This document shows positions 19,832 through 29,909 of a DNA stretch of 64,000 nucleotides, in pieces (position 1 is the stretch's first letter; each line of letters opens with the position of its first letter). The notes below the pieces were generated by a model, which was not told the origin of the DNA, did not search any database, and was given only the letters and a program-made list of their open reading frames with translations. This DNA is from Oscillospiraceae bacterium (GTDB lineage Bacteria > Bacillota > Clostridia > UMGS1883 > UMGS1540), in assembly GCA_015068765.1 (NCBI GenBank), contig SVJY01000003.1, positions 1,416-65,415 on the forward strand, given 5' to 3'. The translations under genes were made by a program, and so were the position numbers.

Positions 19832-21655
19832 TTATGCTGTTTTTATCCAGACCTCATACGCCGACTGTGCATTCCAGGTTTGTCCCGCCGAAGCAAAATC
19901 TACCAGCGTCAGCTCTTCACCGGAATCCAGCTTTACGCGTACTTTGATTTGTGTTTTTTCAGATGCCGGTAGAATTTCCGCCTCTGCAATTATGGCAGCT
20001 TCCGTCGGCATATCCGTCTTGTCTACTGTCTGCGAAAGCACCTCGCCGGCATTGGGGTCAAACCGGATGTCTCTGGCAAGGACAACACTGCCGAAGGAAA
20101 ACGCAACGTATCCCCCAAGCGTGTGTGCTTTTACTTCCATCGGAAAATGCAGTGTTACAACATCACCGCTGTTCCATTGCCGCCGGAGCGTAACATATCC
20201 GCCGCCCTCGGCCGTTTTTTCTTCTCCGCAAACGGTGACCACAGCCTGCTTGCACCAGGCAGGAATACGAAGCGTTACGCCAAAGGTGCCTTCTGCCTTT
20301 ACAAAGTGCAGCTTCACCATACTGTCATGGGGATACTTTGTCTCTATACGGATTTCTGCGTCCGCCCCGTCTGCCCGGTAGTGCACTTCTCCCTGCTGGT
20401 ACGTTTGAAATACGGGACCTTCTTCATTTTCCATTACGGTATACATGGCACCGATTCCAAGCCCTGCCGAGCCTATCGACGCACAGCAGCCATAAAACTT
20501 ACCGTGTTCCATTACCCGCATTCCGCCGATGCCTTTTCCGCGTGTGTCATATAAAAGTGCGGAATAGCTGTCAAAGGGCAACCCACCGTTTTCGGGCGTA
20601 TTTTCAAAATTCACAGCCCCCAGCATTGCATTATAGAGACTTCTTTCAATTTCTTCTGCCAGTTCCGCATCGCCCGAAAGCACCGCAACACGGTAGCAAA
20701 GCTTCATCCATGTCACTGTCACACACGTTTCCTGCATCAAATAGCTTCGTATGTGCTGCTTTTTCGTACAGCCGTTAAAAACCTCTCCCTCACTGCCGCA
20801 GCAGCCGATAATCGAAACTTCCATTTCGCGGGCACGCCGCACAAAATTGACAACGGCTGTTTTCCACTTTTCTTCCCCTGTTACAAAATAATACTCTAAA
20901 AGCCCTTCAAAGCAGGACATGGTTTCGTATGCCTTTTTTACCGGGTATTCGTGCGGATACAGTTCGTCCTTTAAGGCAAGCAGAAATATATTTTCGTCTC
21001 CGACCCCGCCTGCATTTTCCACAATGTATGTAGCAAAATCAAAATATTTCTTTTCTCCGGTCAGCTTGTATAGGAGGACAATCGGTTCCAAAACAGAGCA
21101 GGAATTGATACCGCCCCATATATGACTCGTCTCGCAAATCCCTATTTTGCCGGGACCAATCTTTGCAAGGAGTCCGTCCGCCTCACACTTTAGGGCAGAT
21201 ATAATTTCTTCCCGCAGGGCTTCCTCCTTGCAGATTTCCAGAAAATACAAAAGGCCCAGCATGACATACTTTCTGCCCCAGACATCCCAGCCAAACAGCT
21301 CATTGTCCATGGCATACGTCGAATAAACACCGTCCTGCCTTTTTGTGGGGAGCAGAAGCCGAACGGCGTTTTCAAGCTCTCTGTATACGCTTTCATTGCC
21401 GGTATGCTGATAAAGCATAACACCGCCACGCATCATCTTTCCCCAATATTCGCCTTTCCAGCCACCGTCCACTGTGTCGGTTGCTTTTGCAAACTGCCGC
21501 ACGAACATCTCCCAAAGCTCCGTCTGTAGATGCTGCCGCGTAAGCACCAGGTCAATGCTTTTGCCAAGGCGACTTTGAAAGCTGCTTTTTCCTGTAAGCG
21601 GTGACAGGTGACCTGCTTGCACGCGATATTCCCACTTATTTTCTGTCATGATCAT
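19832..21655 (-). CDS. Glycoside hydrolase family 127-like (DUF1680, beta-L-arabinofuranosidase type)
   Basis: 607 aa. The E-x-C (QETCVT) and CC (FYGCCASIG) motifs correspond to the Zn/Cys catalytic centre described for GH127 HypBA1. Confidence 0.7.
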   Translation of the reverse strand: MIMTENKWEYRVQAGHLSPLTGKSSFQSRLGKSIDLVLTRQHLQTELWEMFVRQFAKATDTVDGGWKGEYWGKMMRGGVMLYQHTGNESVYRELENAVRLLLPTKRQDGVYSTYAMDNELFGWDVWGRKYVMLGLLYFLEICKEEALREEIISALKCEADGLLAKIGPGKIGICETSHIWGGINSCSVLEPIVLLYKLTGEKKYFDFATYIVENAGGVGDENIFLLALKDELYPHEYPVKKAYETMSCFEGLLEYYFVTGEEKWKTAVVNFVRRAREMEVSIIGCCGSEGEVFNGCTKKQHIRSYLMQETCVTVTWMKLCYRVAVLSGDAELAEEIERSLYNAMLGAVNFENTPENGGLPFDSYSALLYDTRGKGIGGMRVMEHGKFYGCCASIGSAGLGIGAMYTVMENEEGPVFQTYQQGEVHYRADGADAEIRIETKYPHDSMVKLHFVKAEGTFGVTLRIPAWCKQAVVTVCGEEKTAEGGGYVTLRRQWNSGDVVTLHFPMEVKAHTLGGYVAFSFGSVVLARDIRFDPNAGEVLSQTVDKTDMPTEAAIIAEAEILPASEKTQIKVRVKLDSGEELTLVDFASAGQTWNAQSAYEVWIKTA

Positions 21656-21783
21656 CTTTACCTTTCTTCTACGATTTTGTTCTATTTTTAAATTGGGGGA
21701 GGTGTAAAATAATTCTCAAAAATTTCGGATTTTTAATAGTTTACACATTGTATTTTCTTTGCCTTTTGCGGTCTGGACTTTTT

Positions 21784-22656
21784 TTACATCCCCTCCTTCC
21801 GTTTCTGCACTGCAAAAATGGAGGCGAGCACGATACAAAGGACGGCAAAAAACACGGTGATATCCGGTACAATGCCGTTGACAAACCAAGAGACAAACGG
21901 GGTAAGAATGGGTTTTATAAAAAAGGCGAGAGACGCCATAATGGGTCCGCCCTTATGTATGGCATGGAAATAGGCGGCATACCCTACGCCCGTAACGAAG
22001 AGACCGAGATACAGCATGATTCCCAGCGTTTGGCCACTGATTGCCGGGAACAGGGTTTCCCCTGTCAGACAAAGTACCGCAAAGAGCACAATACTGCCGA
22101 AGAGAAAGACCAGTGCCGTCTGCACCACGCCGCCCAGCTTCTGATTAAATCGCTGGGACAATGCCGTGTAAAGACTGAAGGACACTGCCGCAAGCAGTGC
22201 CAGTGCCACGGAAGAAAGGTTCGTGCCGGAGGAAAAATCCACGCAGAGCAAAACGCCGACCACCCCGAACAAAAGGGCAAGAAGCTTATTTCTCGTCAGC
22301 TTTTCTCCTAAAAGCATAACGGCAAAAACAATGGTGAAAACCGAGTTTGCCGAAAAAATAATGGCAATGAGCGAGGGGGCATCTGCGGTTTTCACGGCAA
22401 GCTGCAATGCCGACATGCTGATGCAAATAAAAAGGACGCCCAGCGCGGCGGTAACGGCTATATCCCGTCCCGTAATACGGATTTTTTCACACCGAAGCTT
22501 TGATAAAGCAGGGGGAAGCAGAACAAACGACCCGATAAAAAATCGCCAGAAGGTAATGGCGAAGGGACTTACCTCTCCGGCAATCTGCTTGCTCACCGGC
22601 TCTAAGGTTGCAAATAAAACAGCAGTAATCAGTGCAAAAATAACGCCTTTTTTCAA
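21784..22656 (-). CDS. EamA/DMT-family transporter
   Basis: About 10 TM helices in two EamA repeats. I place the start at TTG 22656, 8 nt after RBS aaaggagg. The track ORF start at 22893 gives an implausible N-terminal extension. Confidence 0.8.
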   Translation of the reverse strand: MKKGVIFALITAVLFATLEPVSKQIAGEVSPFAITFWRFFIGSFVLLPPALSKLRCEKIRITGRDIAVTAALGVLFICISMSALQLAVKTADAPSLIAIIFSANSVFTIVFAVMLLGEKLTRNKLLALLFGVVGVLLCVDFSSGTNLSSVALALLAAVSFSLYTALSQRFNQKLGGVVQTALVFLFGSIVLFAVLCLTGETLFPAISGQTLGIMLYLGLFVTGVGYAAYFHAIHKGGPIMASLAFFIKPILTPFVSWFVNGIVPDITVFFAVLCIVLASIFAVQKRKEGM

Positions 22657-22856
22657 AATGAACGCCTCCTTTCTCTCCCTATTATACCAAACTTCCCCTC
22701 TATTAGCAAGCTTTTTTCTCCGGGCACCCCCCTTTTTTATGACAATTCTATTAAAAGTGTGTAAAAAACACAAAAACAGTTGAAAACATCTACAATATAT
22801 GGTATAATGTTCCCATAGGTAAATACCGAAGCTTGACGAAGAAAGGATGAACAGTA

Positions 22857-24680
22857 ATGAGTAAAAAATGGATCGGCGGCATACTTTCCGCAATTATGCT
22901 GATTACGGCGGCTTTGCCGGTGGCCGGTGCAATCTTCCCGGATGTTACGGAGGATCACTTCGGCTGGGCACAGGATGCGGTGGAAGAAATGGTAAAGGAC
23001 GGTATTATTAAGGGGTATACCGACAATACCTTTAAACCTGAACGCACAGTGACCAAGGAGGAGGCACTTGTTTTGAGTGCACGTCTTCTGGGGTATACGA
23101 ACGAAACGGTAGAGCCCTTTACCGAGCTCGCCGCAGAATTTTATGCAGACATTCTTGAAAAATATGAAACGTCCTATAAGGGCGAGGTGGCATACCTTTT
23201 ATATAAGGACGTGCTGACGGAGCGTGAGCTTTCCTATTATATCGGTGGCGACAATGCAAAGACCGGCATGAAACGCTACGAGGTTGCCAAGCTTCTGACA
23301 CGGGTCATGGGCGGCGAAAGCCAGCTGGACCTGGATGCAACCACAAACGAATACACCGATTCCTCGGATATTCCGGCAGATGCAAAGCCCTATGTCCGGT
23401 TTGTGACGGATGCACAGCTGATGAATGGCATGGACGGCGGCAGATTTGAGCCCATGGGCGATGTAAACCGTGCACAGATTGCCACTCTCTTGTACCGTGT
23501 CAAGAACCTGACGAATGAGGAATATATTTTCGCCTCCGTGCTGGAAGTGAATACGGACCCGGAAAAGCTGATTTATCTGGACGAAGACGAAAGTGAAGCG
23601 GAAATCAAGGTTCCTTATGAAGCGGAGGTTTTCATCAAGCAAAACGGCTATTCCGTGGACTTCTCCAAGCTTTCGCTGGGTGCGGATGTTCTGATTACCA
23701 CCCGTGACGGCGTTCTCTACGCACTGGACACCATCACAAGAGAGCCGGATGCTGTATTTGAAGGGGCCATTTCCTCTGTGGTAACCGGCACAAAGAAGAC
23801 AATTTCCGTATTCCCCATAGAGGACCAGACGGCGGTTACCACCTATCCCATTTCCGAAACCGTTTCGATTACCTACGAAGGAAACACCGGCAAGCTGTCT
23901 GACCTGAAGCGTTTGCAGGCAGTCAAGCTGCAAATTAAAAACGGCGAGGTCGTGATCATTGAAGCGAAGGAAAGCGAAAGAAGCATCAAGGGTACCATTG
24001 AGAATATTGCCCTTTCGCCCGTGCTTTCTTACAGCGTTCGTCTTGCCAGCGGCGTCCTGGAGGAATACCCTGTCTCCGGCGACGTGAAGGTGACCCGTAA
24101 CGGCTCCACCGTCACCGCAAGCGACGTTTTGGTGGGTGACAAGGTGACCGTAACCTTACGCTACGAAGAGGTCGCCGTTGTAACGGCAACCAGCTCCCAA
24201 TACATCACGGAAGGCTACATTGAGGAAATCACCATTGCCACACTGCCTTCCGTTAAAATCCGTACCAACAACACGATCAATGCCTTTAGCCTCTCCAGAG
24301 AGTGTGTATACACGGTAGACGGCAAGGAAGGAACGGTTTACGACCTGCGTCTCGGGGCCCTGATTACTGCCAGTGTGGACAGCGAAACGATCGTTTCGCT
24401 GACAACCACCGCACCGACCACAACCTCCTCCACCACCGGCGTGATTGAAACCATCAACACCTCCTACGGCTTCTTCTCCATGATCGTAACGGCCGAGAAC
24501 GGCACAAGCTCTTCCATGCAGGTATTCACAAAGCGTCCGAACCTACAGGTTATTGACAGTACGGACGGCTCGACCAAGAAGGTCTCGAACCTGGAGACAG
24601 GCATGAAGGTTAACGTTACCGGTGTTACCTCCAGCGGTGCTTTTGAAGCGACGGCGATTATTATCATGCCCAAAGACTGA
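22857..24680 (+). CDS. SLH-domain cell-surface protein
   Basis: Signal peptide followed by S-layer-homology repeats (FPDVTEDHFGWAQDAVEEMVKDGIIKGYTDNTFKPERTVTKEEA; YTDSSDIPADAKPYVRFVTDAQLMNG...FEPMGDVNRAQIATLLYR). Confidence 0.85.
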   Translation: MSKKWIGGILSAIMLITAALPVAGAIFPDVTEDHFGWAQDAVEEMVKDGIIKGYTDNTFKPERTVTKEEALVLSARLLGYTNETVEPFTELAAEFYADILEKYETSYKGEVAYLLYKDVLTERELSYYIGGDNAKTGMKRYEVAKLLTRVMGGESQLDLDATTNEYTDSSDIPADAKPYVRFVTDAQLMNGMDGGRFEPMGDVNRAQIATLLYRVKNLTNEEYIFASVLEVNTDPEKLIYLDEDESEAEIKVPYEAEVFIKQNGYSVDFSKLSLGADVLITTRDGVLYALDTITREPDAVFEGAISSVVTGTKKTISVFPIEDQTAVTTYPISETVSITYEGNTGKLSDLKRLQAVKLQIKNGEVVIIEAKESERSIKGTIENIALSPVLSYSVRLASGVLEEYPVSGDVKVTRNGSTVTASDVLVGDKVTVTLRYEEVAVVTATSSQYITEGYIEEITIATLPSVKIRTNNTINAFSLSRECVYTVDGKEGTVYDLRLGALITASVDSETIVSLTTTAPTTTSSTTGVIETINTSYGFFSMIVTAENGTSSSMQVFTKRPNLQVIDSTDGSTKKVSNLETGMKVNVTGVTSSGAFEATAIIIMPKD

Positions 24681-24683
24681 TTT

Positions 24684-24802
24684 AGGGGAATGTTAAAAAA
24701 GTCCAGACCGCAAAAAAAGAATCTTGAATGAAATGGGGCTGCCTCACTAAGAAGTGAGGCAGCCCCTTATTCGTCCATTCTACACTGTTTTTCCATTCCG
24801 GG
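24684..24802 (+). repeat. REP/MITE-like intergenic repeat, copy A (family GGGGATGTAAAAA)
   Basis: aggggaatgttaaaaaagtccagaccgcaaaaaaagaat, then hairpin ggggctgcctcac/gtgaggcagcccc (24735-24766), then ttattcgtccattctacactgtttttccattccggg. It is homologous, in inverted orientation, to 50511-50671. The two ends are inverted copies of each other. Confidence 0.7.
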
Positions 24803-24819
24803 AAGAAAGCACAGATACT

Positions 24820-26154
24820 TTATTCGTATTTCGGCAAATATGTTCCGTGTGCTTCTATCATCTCATCCACCATTTTCACGATGTCGTCTATGGAGAGGAC
24901 GGCGGCGGTGTGTGGGTCGAGCATAGCTGCATGATAAATGTGCTCCCGCTTCTTCGTCCGTGCCGCTTCAATAGTAAGAAGCTGCGGGCCGATGTTGGTC
25001 ATATTCAATGCCGCAAGCTGAAGCGGCAATTCGCCCACATAGCAGGGATGGATGCCGGCACGGTCAACCATACAAGGGACTTCCACGCAGGCTTTACTGT
25101 CCAGATTGGGAATCAGACCGTTGTTGATGACGTTGCCGCCGATGCTGTACGGCTCGTTGGTAATCATCGCACCCATGATGCCGGCCCCGTATTCGTGGCT
25201 TTTCGTATGGGCAAAGTCCGGTGCGAAGATTTTTTCCTTGCTGACTTGCCACTTCGTTTCCGCCACCTCACAGCGGCGGATGTATTCGTCCAGCGGAACG
25301 CCGCATTTTTCGATAAGCTCCGGATAATTGGGCTTTATGAACCAGGGGTTATATTCAGAATTGTGCTCACTGCTTTCCGTGCAGTAATAGCCCAGCCGGC
25401 GGATGTATTCCAGACGGGCATAATCCGAATGGGGCTCGCCGTTCGCTCCGATAATGAAATCTTTTTCGTGGGTGGCGGCTCTTCGGCGAATTTCGGGATA
25501 CAGGTCGTTGCCGTCCTTATCCCGGATTTCCAAAAGCCATGCCATATGGTTAATGCCGGCAATTTTGTGGCTATAGCCCTCCTGCTTCATGTCAAGCCGC
25601 TCCAAAAGACCGGAGGCACATACCTGCACGCTATGGCAAAGCCCGATGGTTTTCATGCCCGTGTACCGCTGGAGATACCCGGTAATCATGGCCATGGGGT
25701 TTACATAATTTAGAAACCATGCATCGGGACAGACCTCCTCCACGTCATGGGCAAAGTCCTCCACTACGGGAATGGTACGAAGGGCACGCATAATGCCGCC
25801 GATGCCTAAGGTGTCAGCAATCGTCTGCCGAAGGCCGTATTTTTTCGGGATTTCAAAGTCAATCACCGTGGACGGCTTATAGCCACCCACCTGAATGGCA
25901 TTGATGATAAAATTCGCACCGCGAAGGGCTTCCTTCCGGTTTTCCTCGCCAAGGTAGGTCTTGAACGTTGCCCGACTCTCGTTTTGTTTTTCGTTTATAC
26001 GGGAAAGTGCGGTAAAGGAATCCTCCAGACGCTCGGCGTTAATATCGTATAAGGCAATTTCTGCATCCCGGAGGGCTTCCGTGAGCATCACGTCCCCTAA
26101 AACATTAACGGCGAAAACAGTGCTTCCTGCACCCATAAATGTAATTTTTGTCAT
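24820..26154 (-). CDS. Glycoside hydrolase family 4 (NAD/Mn-dependent alpha-galactosidase/alpha-glucosidase type)
   Basis: Start at MTKITFMGAGSTVF (Rossmann GxGS) with RBS aaaggagag. GH4 hallmark CHSVQ and GINHMAW are present. Confidence 0.85.
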   Translation of the reverse strand: MTKITFMGAGSTVFAVNVLGDVMLTEALRDAEIALYDINAERLEDSFTALSRINEKQNESRATFKTYLGEENRKEALRGANFIINAIQVGGYKPSTVIDFEIPKKYGLRQTIADTLGIGGIMRALRTIPVVEDFAHDVEEVCPDAWFLNYVNPMAMITGYLQRYTGMKTIGLCHSVQVCASGLLERLDMKQEGYSHKIAGINHMAWLLEIRDKDGNDLYPEIRRRAATHEKDFIIGANGEPHSDYARLEYIRRLGYYCTESSEHNSEYNPWFIKPNYPELIEKCGVPLDEYIRRCEVAETKWQVSKEKIFAPDFAHTKSHEYGAGIMGAMITNEPYSIGGNVINNGLIPNLDSKACVEVPCMVDRAGIHPCYVGELPLQLAALNMTNIGPQLLTIEAARTKKREHIYHAAMLDPHTAAVLSIDDIVKMVDEMIEAHGTYLPKYE

Positions 26155-26351
26155 TTCGCTCTCTCCTTTCACCGCCATTTTAGCACGGAAAAACGGCGTT
26201 GTCTATACAAAATTGATTACAAAATATGGAGTTTTGTGATATAATGAATTCGACGAAGTTGAATGCATTACCTAAGCTTGCCCTGATGGGCAAGTGAAGC
26301 TGCCCCTTTTGGAAGCCTTTGCGAAAAAAAAGAAGTTTTTTTGGAATAGCC

Positions 26352-26380
26352 TTGACAAGCCTAAACCGTTTTAGTATAAT
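26352..26380 (+). promoter_or_regulatory. Consensus sigma-A promoter of the aminotransferase operon, with an embedded pseudo-palindrome
   Basis: TTGACA (26352-26357), 17 bp, TATAAT (26375-26380). The spacer contains taaaccgtttta, a CG-centred pseudo-palindrome of the LacI/GalR operator type. Confidence 0.6.
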
Positions 26381-26452
26381 AAAGATATGCGGAGGAAATC
26401 GCTCCGGAAAAGCTAAAAAACAATCGTTTATTTCAAACAGGAGGTATTAACT

Positions 26453-27667
26453 ATGGCAAGAGCAGGCGGACCGGGTTCTTTTGTATTCGGTGAAGAAGAA
26501 AGAAAAGAAGTTATGGAGGTGCTGGAGGGAAGATATTTATTCCGCTACGGTGCCCCTGATGTGGAAGGATATACCCACAAGGTTGTAGATTTTGAAGATG
26601 CCCTGAAAAAGACCATGGGTGCAAAGTATGCCGTTGCCACCACAAGCGGCACATGCTCTCTCCTTGCGTCCCTTGCCGCTTTAGGCATCGGTGCAGGGGA
26701 TGAGGTTATTGTTCCCGGCTATACTTTTATCGCTTCCATCTCTACCATTATGCTGGCAGGTGCCATTCCGGTTTTAGCGGAAATTGACGAATCCCTCACC
26801 ATTGATCCTACGAAGATTGAAGCACTCATCACCCCTAAAACACGGGCCATTATGCCTGTACATATGCTGGGGAACCCCTGTGACCTTGAGAAGATTATGG
26901 AAATTGCAAACCGCCATAATCTGTACGTGATCGAGGATTGCTGCCAGGCCGTTGGTGCAAGCTACAAGGGCAAACGCTGCGGTACCTACGGCAACATCGG
27001 TGCTTTCTCCCTGAATATTTTTAAGACCATTTCTACCGGTGACGGCGGTGCGGTCATCACAAACGACGAAAATCTCTACGAAAGAGCCTTCGGGTATCAT
27101 GACCAGGGCCATAAGCCGAACCGTACCGGCGTTGAAATCGGCAACCGCAGTATCATCGGTATGAATATGCGTATGAACGAGCTGACCGGTGCTGTTGCCG
27201 TTGCACAGACCCGGAAGCTGGATGAAATTTTGACAACGCTGCGGACGAAGAAGGCTATGCTGAAGGAACTGCTTTCCGATCTGCCCCACATTTCCTTCCG
27301 TAAAATCAACGACGAAGGCGAATGTGCAACCCTTCTCACGCTGCTGTTCGATACAAAAGAGCTGGCAGAAAAGTTCTGTGAAAAGACCGGCGGCAGACCC
27401 ATTGCCTATTCCGGCTGGCACGTATATAACAACATGGAGCAGGTTCTCGGCAAGCTTCTGCCGGCAAAAACCATGAACGTAAACGACAGGGTATACGAAA
27501 AGCATATGCTTCCCCAGACGGACGATATCTTAGAGCGTGCCGTGAACATCAGCGTCGGCGTTGTGGATAAGGGTCTGGGCTCCGGCTACGGTATCAACAT
27601 TCTTTCTACAGAAGAAGAAATCAAGGACGTTGCCAAAAATATCCGTGAAATCATTTTAAGCCTTTAA
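26453..27667 (+). CDS. DegT/DnrJ/EryC1/StrS-family PLP-dependent sugar aminotransferase
   Basis: 404 aa. Fold-type I motifs VIVPGYTFIASI, MPVHMLGNPCD, and the Lys-containing FSLNIFKTISTGDGG. Confidence 0.85.
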   Translation: MARAGGPGSFVFGEEERKEVMEVLEGRYLFRYGAPDVEGYTHKVVDFEDALKKTMGAKYAVATTSGTCSLLASLAALGIGAGDEVIVPGYTFIASISTIMLAGAIPVLAEIDESLTIDPTKIEALITPKTRAIMPVHMLGNPCDLEKIMEIANRHNLYVIEDCCQAVGASYKGKRCGTYGNIGAFSLNIFKTISTGDGGAVITNDENLYERAFGYHDQGHKPNRTGVEIGNRSIIGMNMRMNELTGAVAVAQTRKLDEILTTLRTKKAMLKELLSDLPHISFRKINDEGECATLLTLLFDTKELAEKFCEKTGGRPIAYSGWHVYNNMEQVLGKLLPAKTMNVNDRVYEKHMLPQTDDILERAVNISVGVVDKGLGSGYGINILSTEEEIKDVAKNIREIILSL

Positions 27668-27690
27668 TTCCATAGAAGGGTGTGAACAAA

Positions 27691-28833
27691 ATGAAAAAAA
27701 TTAAAGTAGGTATTATCGGCATGGGCTATATCGGCGAAAGCCATATAGAAGCCGTCCGCCGCATCGGCTGCTGTCAGCTTTACGCTGTGGCGGATACAAA
27801 TGCCGCCCTCGCCCGGGCAAAGGCGGACTATTACGGCATTGAAAAGTGCTACTTAAGCGTGGAGGAGCTTCTGGCCGATCCGGAAATTGACGCTGTGCAT
27901 AACTGCACGCCGAACTTTTTGCATTTATCCATTAACAAGGAAATTATTAAATCGGGCAAGCATCTTCTGTCCGAAAAGCCCCTCTGCATGAACTACGAAG
28001 AGGCGATGGAGCTTGTAGAGCTGAAGAAGGCCTATCCGAAGAGCGTTGCGGCTGTAAACTTCAACTATCGCTTAAATCCCATGGTGCAGGAAATGAAAAA
28101 CCGCATAAAGGCAGGAGAAATCGGGGATGTGCGTATTATGACCGGCTCCTATCAGCAGGACTGGCTCCTCTACGATACGGATTACAGCTGGCGGCTTGAA
28201 CCCGAGGTTTCCGGCATTTCCTGTGCGATTGCCGACATCGGCTCCCACTGGATGGATGCTGTACAGCACGTGACCGGCCATAGAATTACAGAAGTGATGG
28301 CTGACCTGAAAACCATGATTCCCATCCGTAAAAAGCCGGCCAAGCAGACAGAAACCTTTACCAGCAATGTGCCCACCGAATTTGAAGAGGTAGAAGTTAA
28401 GAACGAAGATTACGGTGCCGTTTTATTCCATACGGACAAGGGGGCAACCGGCGTATTCCACGTCTCCGAGCTTGCCGCCGGACACGGTTGCTTCTTCAAC
28501 TTTGAAATTAACGGCTCCAAGGCATCCTTTAGCTGGAATCAGGAGCAAAACGACCGGATGTGGAAGGGTATGCGTGGCGGCGAAAATCATCTGATTATTC
28601 GTGATCCCAACACCATCTCCCCCGAGGCAAAGCCGTATACAGCTCTTGCCATGGGCCATCCCGAGGGCTGGAACGATGCTTTCAAAGGAAACATTTATTC
28701 CTTCTATAAGTACATCGAGGACGGCTGTGCAGGCACCCCCGTCTTCTCCACGTTAGAGCAGGCCGCCTATATTGTCAAGCTGACGGAAGCCGTTGTGGAA
28801 AGCAGCAAAGAAAAGAAATGGGTTACCATTTAA
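27691..28833 (+). CDS. Gfo/Idh/MocA-family NAD(P)-dependent sugar oxidoreductase
   Basis: N-terminal KVGIIGMGYIGESH Rossmann motif and the EKPL motif (LSEKPLCMN). Confidence 0.85.
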   Translation: MKKIKVGIIGMGYIGESHIEAVRRIGCCQLYAVADTNAALARAKADYYGIEKCYLSVEELLADPEIDAVHNCTPNFLHLSINKEIIKSGKHLLSEKPLCMNYEEAMELVELKKAYPKSVAAVNFNYRLNPMVQEMKNRIKAGEIGDVRIMTGSYQQDWLLYDTDYSWRLEPEVSGISCAIADIGSHWMDAVQHVTGHRITEVMADLKTMIPIRKKPAKQTETFTSNVPTEFEEVEVKNEDYGAVLFHTDKGATGVFHVSELAAGHGCFFNFEINGSKASFSWNQEQNDRMWKGMRGGENHLIIRDPNTISPEAKPYTALAMGHPEGWNDAFKGNIYSFYKYIEDGCAGTPVFSTLEQAAYIVKLTEAVVESSKEKKWVTI

Positions 28834-28863
28834 TAATAAAAAATTTTTTTGGAGGTATGAAAA

Positions 28864-29898
28864 ATGAGCAGATTTAAGTATTCCGTAGGACCCTGGAACG
28901 TGCATTCCGGTGCAGACGCATACGGACCCCCGGTGCGTGACGAAATTCCCTTCGAGGAAAAAATCAAAGTTTTTAAGGAAATCGGCTTCGATGCCATTCA
29001 GTTCCATGATGACGATGCCGTTCCGAACATCAACGATTACACAGAAGCAGAAATCATCGAAAAGGCAAAGGAAGTCCGTGCCCTTCTCGATAAGTATGAT
29101 CTGGCCGCAGAATTTGTAGCACCGAGACTGTGGTTTGATCCCCACACAACAGACGGCGGCTTCTGCTCCAACAGTGCAGAGGACAGAGAATATGCGATGT
29201 GGAGAGCCTACCGCTCTATCGACATTGCCAAGGTTCTCGGCTGTGATAAAATCGTTCTCTGGCTGGCAAGAGAAGGCACCCTTTGCTATGAAAGCAAGAG
29301 CCCGGTGGAATCCACAAAGAGACTGATCGAAGCCATTGACAAGATGCTGGATTACGATAAGGACATCAAAATCCTCATCGAAACCAAGCCCAACGAGCCC
29401 ATTGACAGAAGCGTATGTCCCACCATGGGTCACTGTATGGCAATTTCTGCCGCTTCCAAGGACCCGTCCAGAGTAGGCGGTCTCCTGGAATCTGCCCATG
29501 CAATGCTGGCAGGACTGGACCCGGCAAGCGAAATCGGCTTTGCAAGTGCTATGGGCAAGCTGTGGGGCGTGCATCTGAATGACCAGAACGGCATTAAGTA
29601 CGACCAGGATAAGAGCTTCGGTGTAGAAAACATCCGTGCCGCCTTCAACCAGATGAAGGTTCTGATGGAAACCGGCTACGGTCAAAACGGCGAATATATC
29701 GGTCTTGACGTTAAGGTTATGCGTACCGAAAAGCAGGAAGGCAGCTATCAGCACCTCATAAACAGCCTGAAGATTGCCAAGGCACTGGAAGAAAAGGCCG
29801 CTCGCTTTGATTATGACTTCCAGGCAAAGTGCGTCCGGGAACGTGACTATGAAAAGCTTGAAATGTACGTAATGGAGCTTCTGATGGGTCTTAAATAG
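28864..29898 (+). CDS. Xylose isomerase family protein, class-I (actinobacterial XylA)-like
   Basis: Colinear with the class I XylA motifs I recall: FHDDD, IETKPNEP, PTMGH, ESAHAMLAGL, HLNDQNGIKYDQD. These include all metal-ligand positions. Confidence 0.75.
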   Translation: MSRFKYSVGPWNVHSGADAYGPPVRDEIPFEEKIKVFKEIGFDAIQFHDDDAVPNINDYTEAEIIEKAKEVRALLDKYDLAAEFVAPRLWFDPHTTDGGFCSNSAEDREYAMWRAYRSIDIAKVLGCDKIVLWLAREGTLCYESKSPVESTKRLIEAIDKMLDYDKDIKILIETKPNEPIDRSVCPTMGHCMAISAASKDPSRVGGLLESAHAMLAGLDPASEIGFASAMGKLWGVHLNDQNGIKYDQDKSFGVENIRAAFNQMKVLMETGYGQNGEYIGLDVKVMRTEKQEGSYQHLINSLKIAKALEEKAARFDYDFQAKCVRERDYEKLEMYVMELLMGLK

Positions 29899-29909
29899 GA
29901 GGCGTCTCT

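Noticed and set aside
24754-25713. 319-aa plus-strand ORF; similar long shadow ORFs at 28753-29754(-), 41596-42741(-), 42738-43784(-), 10515-11225(-) and 33497-34252(-)
   Set aside because: Each lies antisense to a gene with clear family motifs (GH4, XI-like, polA, coaE/SLT, serS, MBL). They lack RBS and start context and have His/Arg/Cys-rich, low-plausibility sequences.
26213-26340. Possible extra promoter (TGaTATAAT at 26237-26245) and small hairpin transcript upstream of the operon promoter
   Set aside because: The -35 spacing is poor (21 bp), and the downstream hairpin cttgccc-tgat-gggcaag has no clear terminator. It may equally serve the divergent GH4 gene region. Not enough to call a feature.
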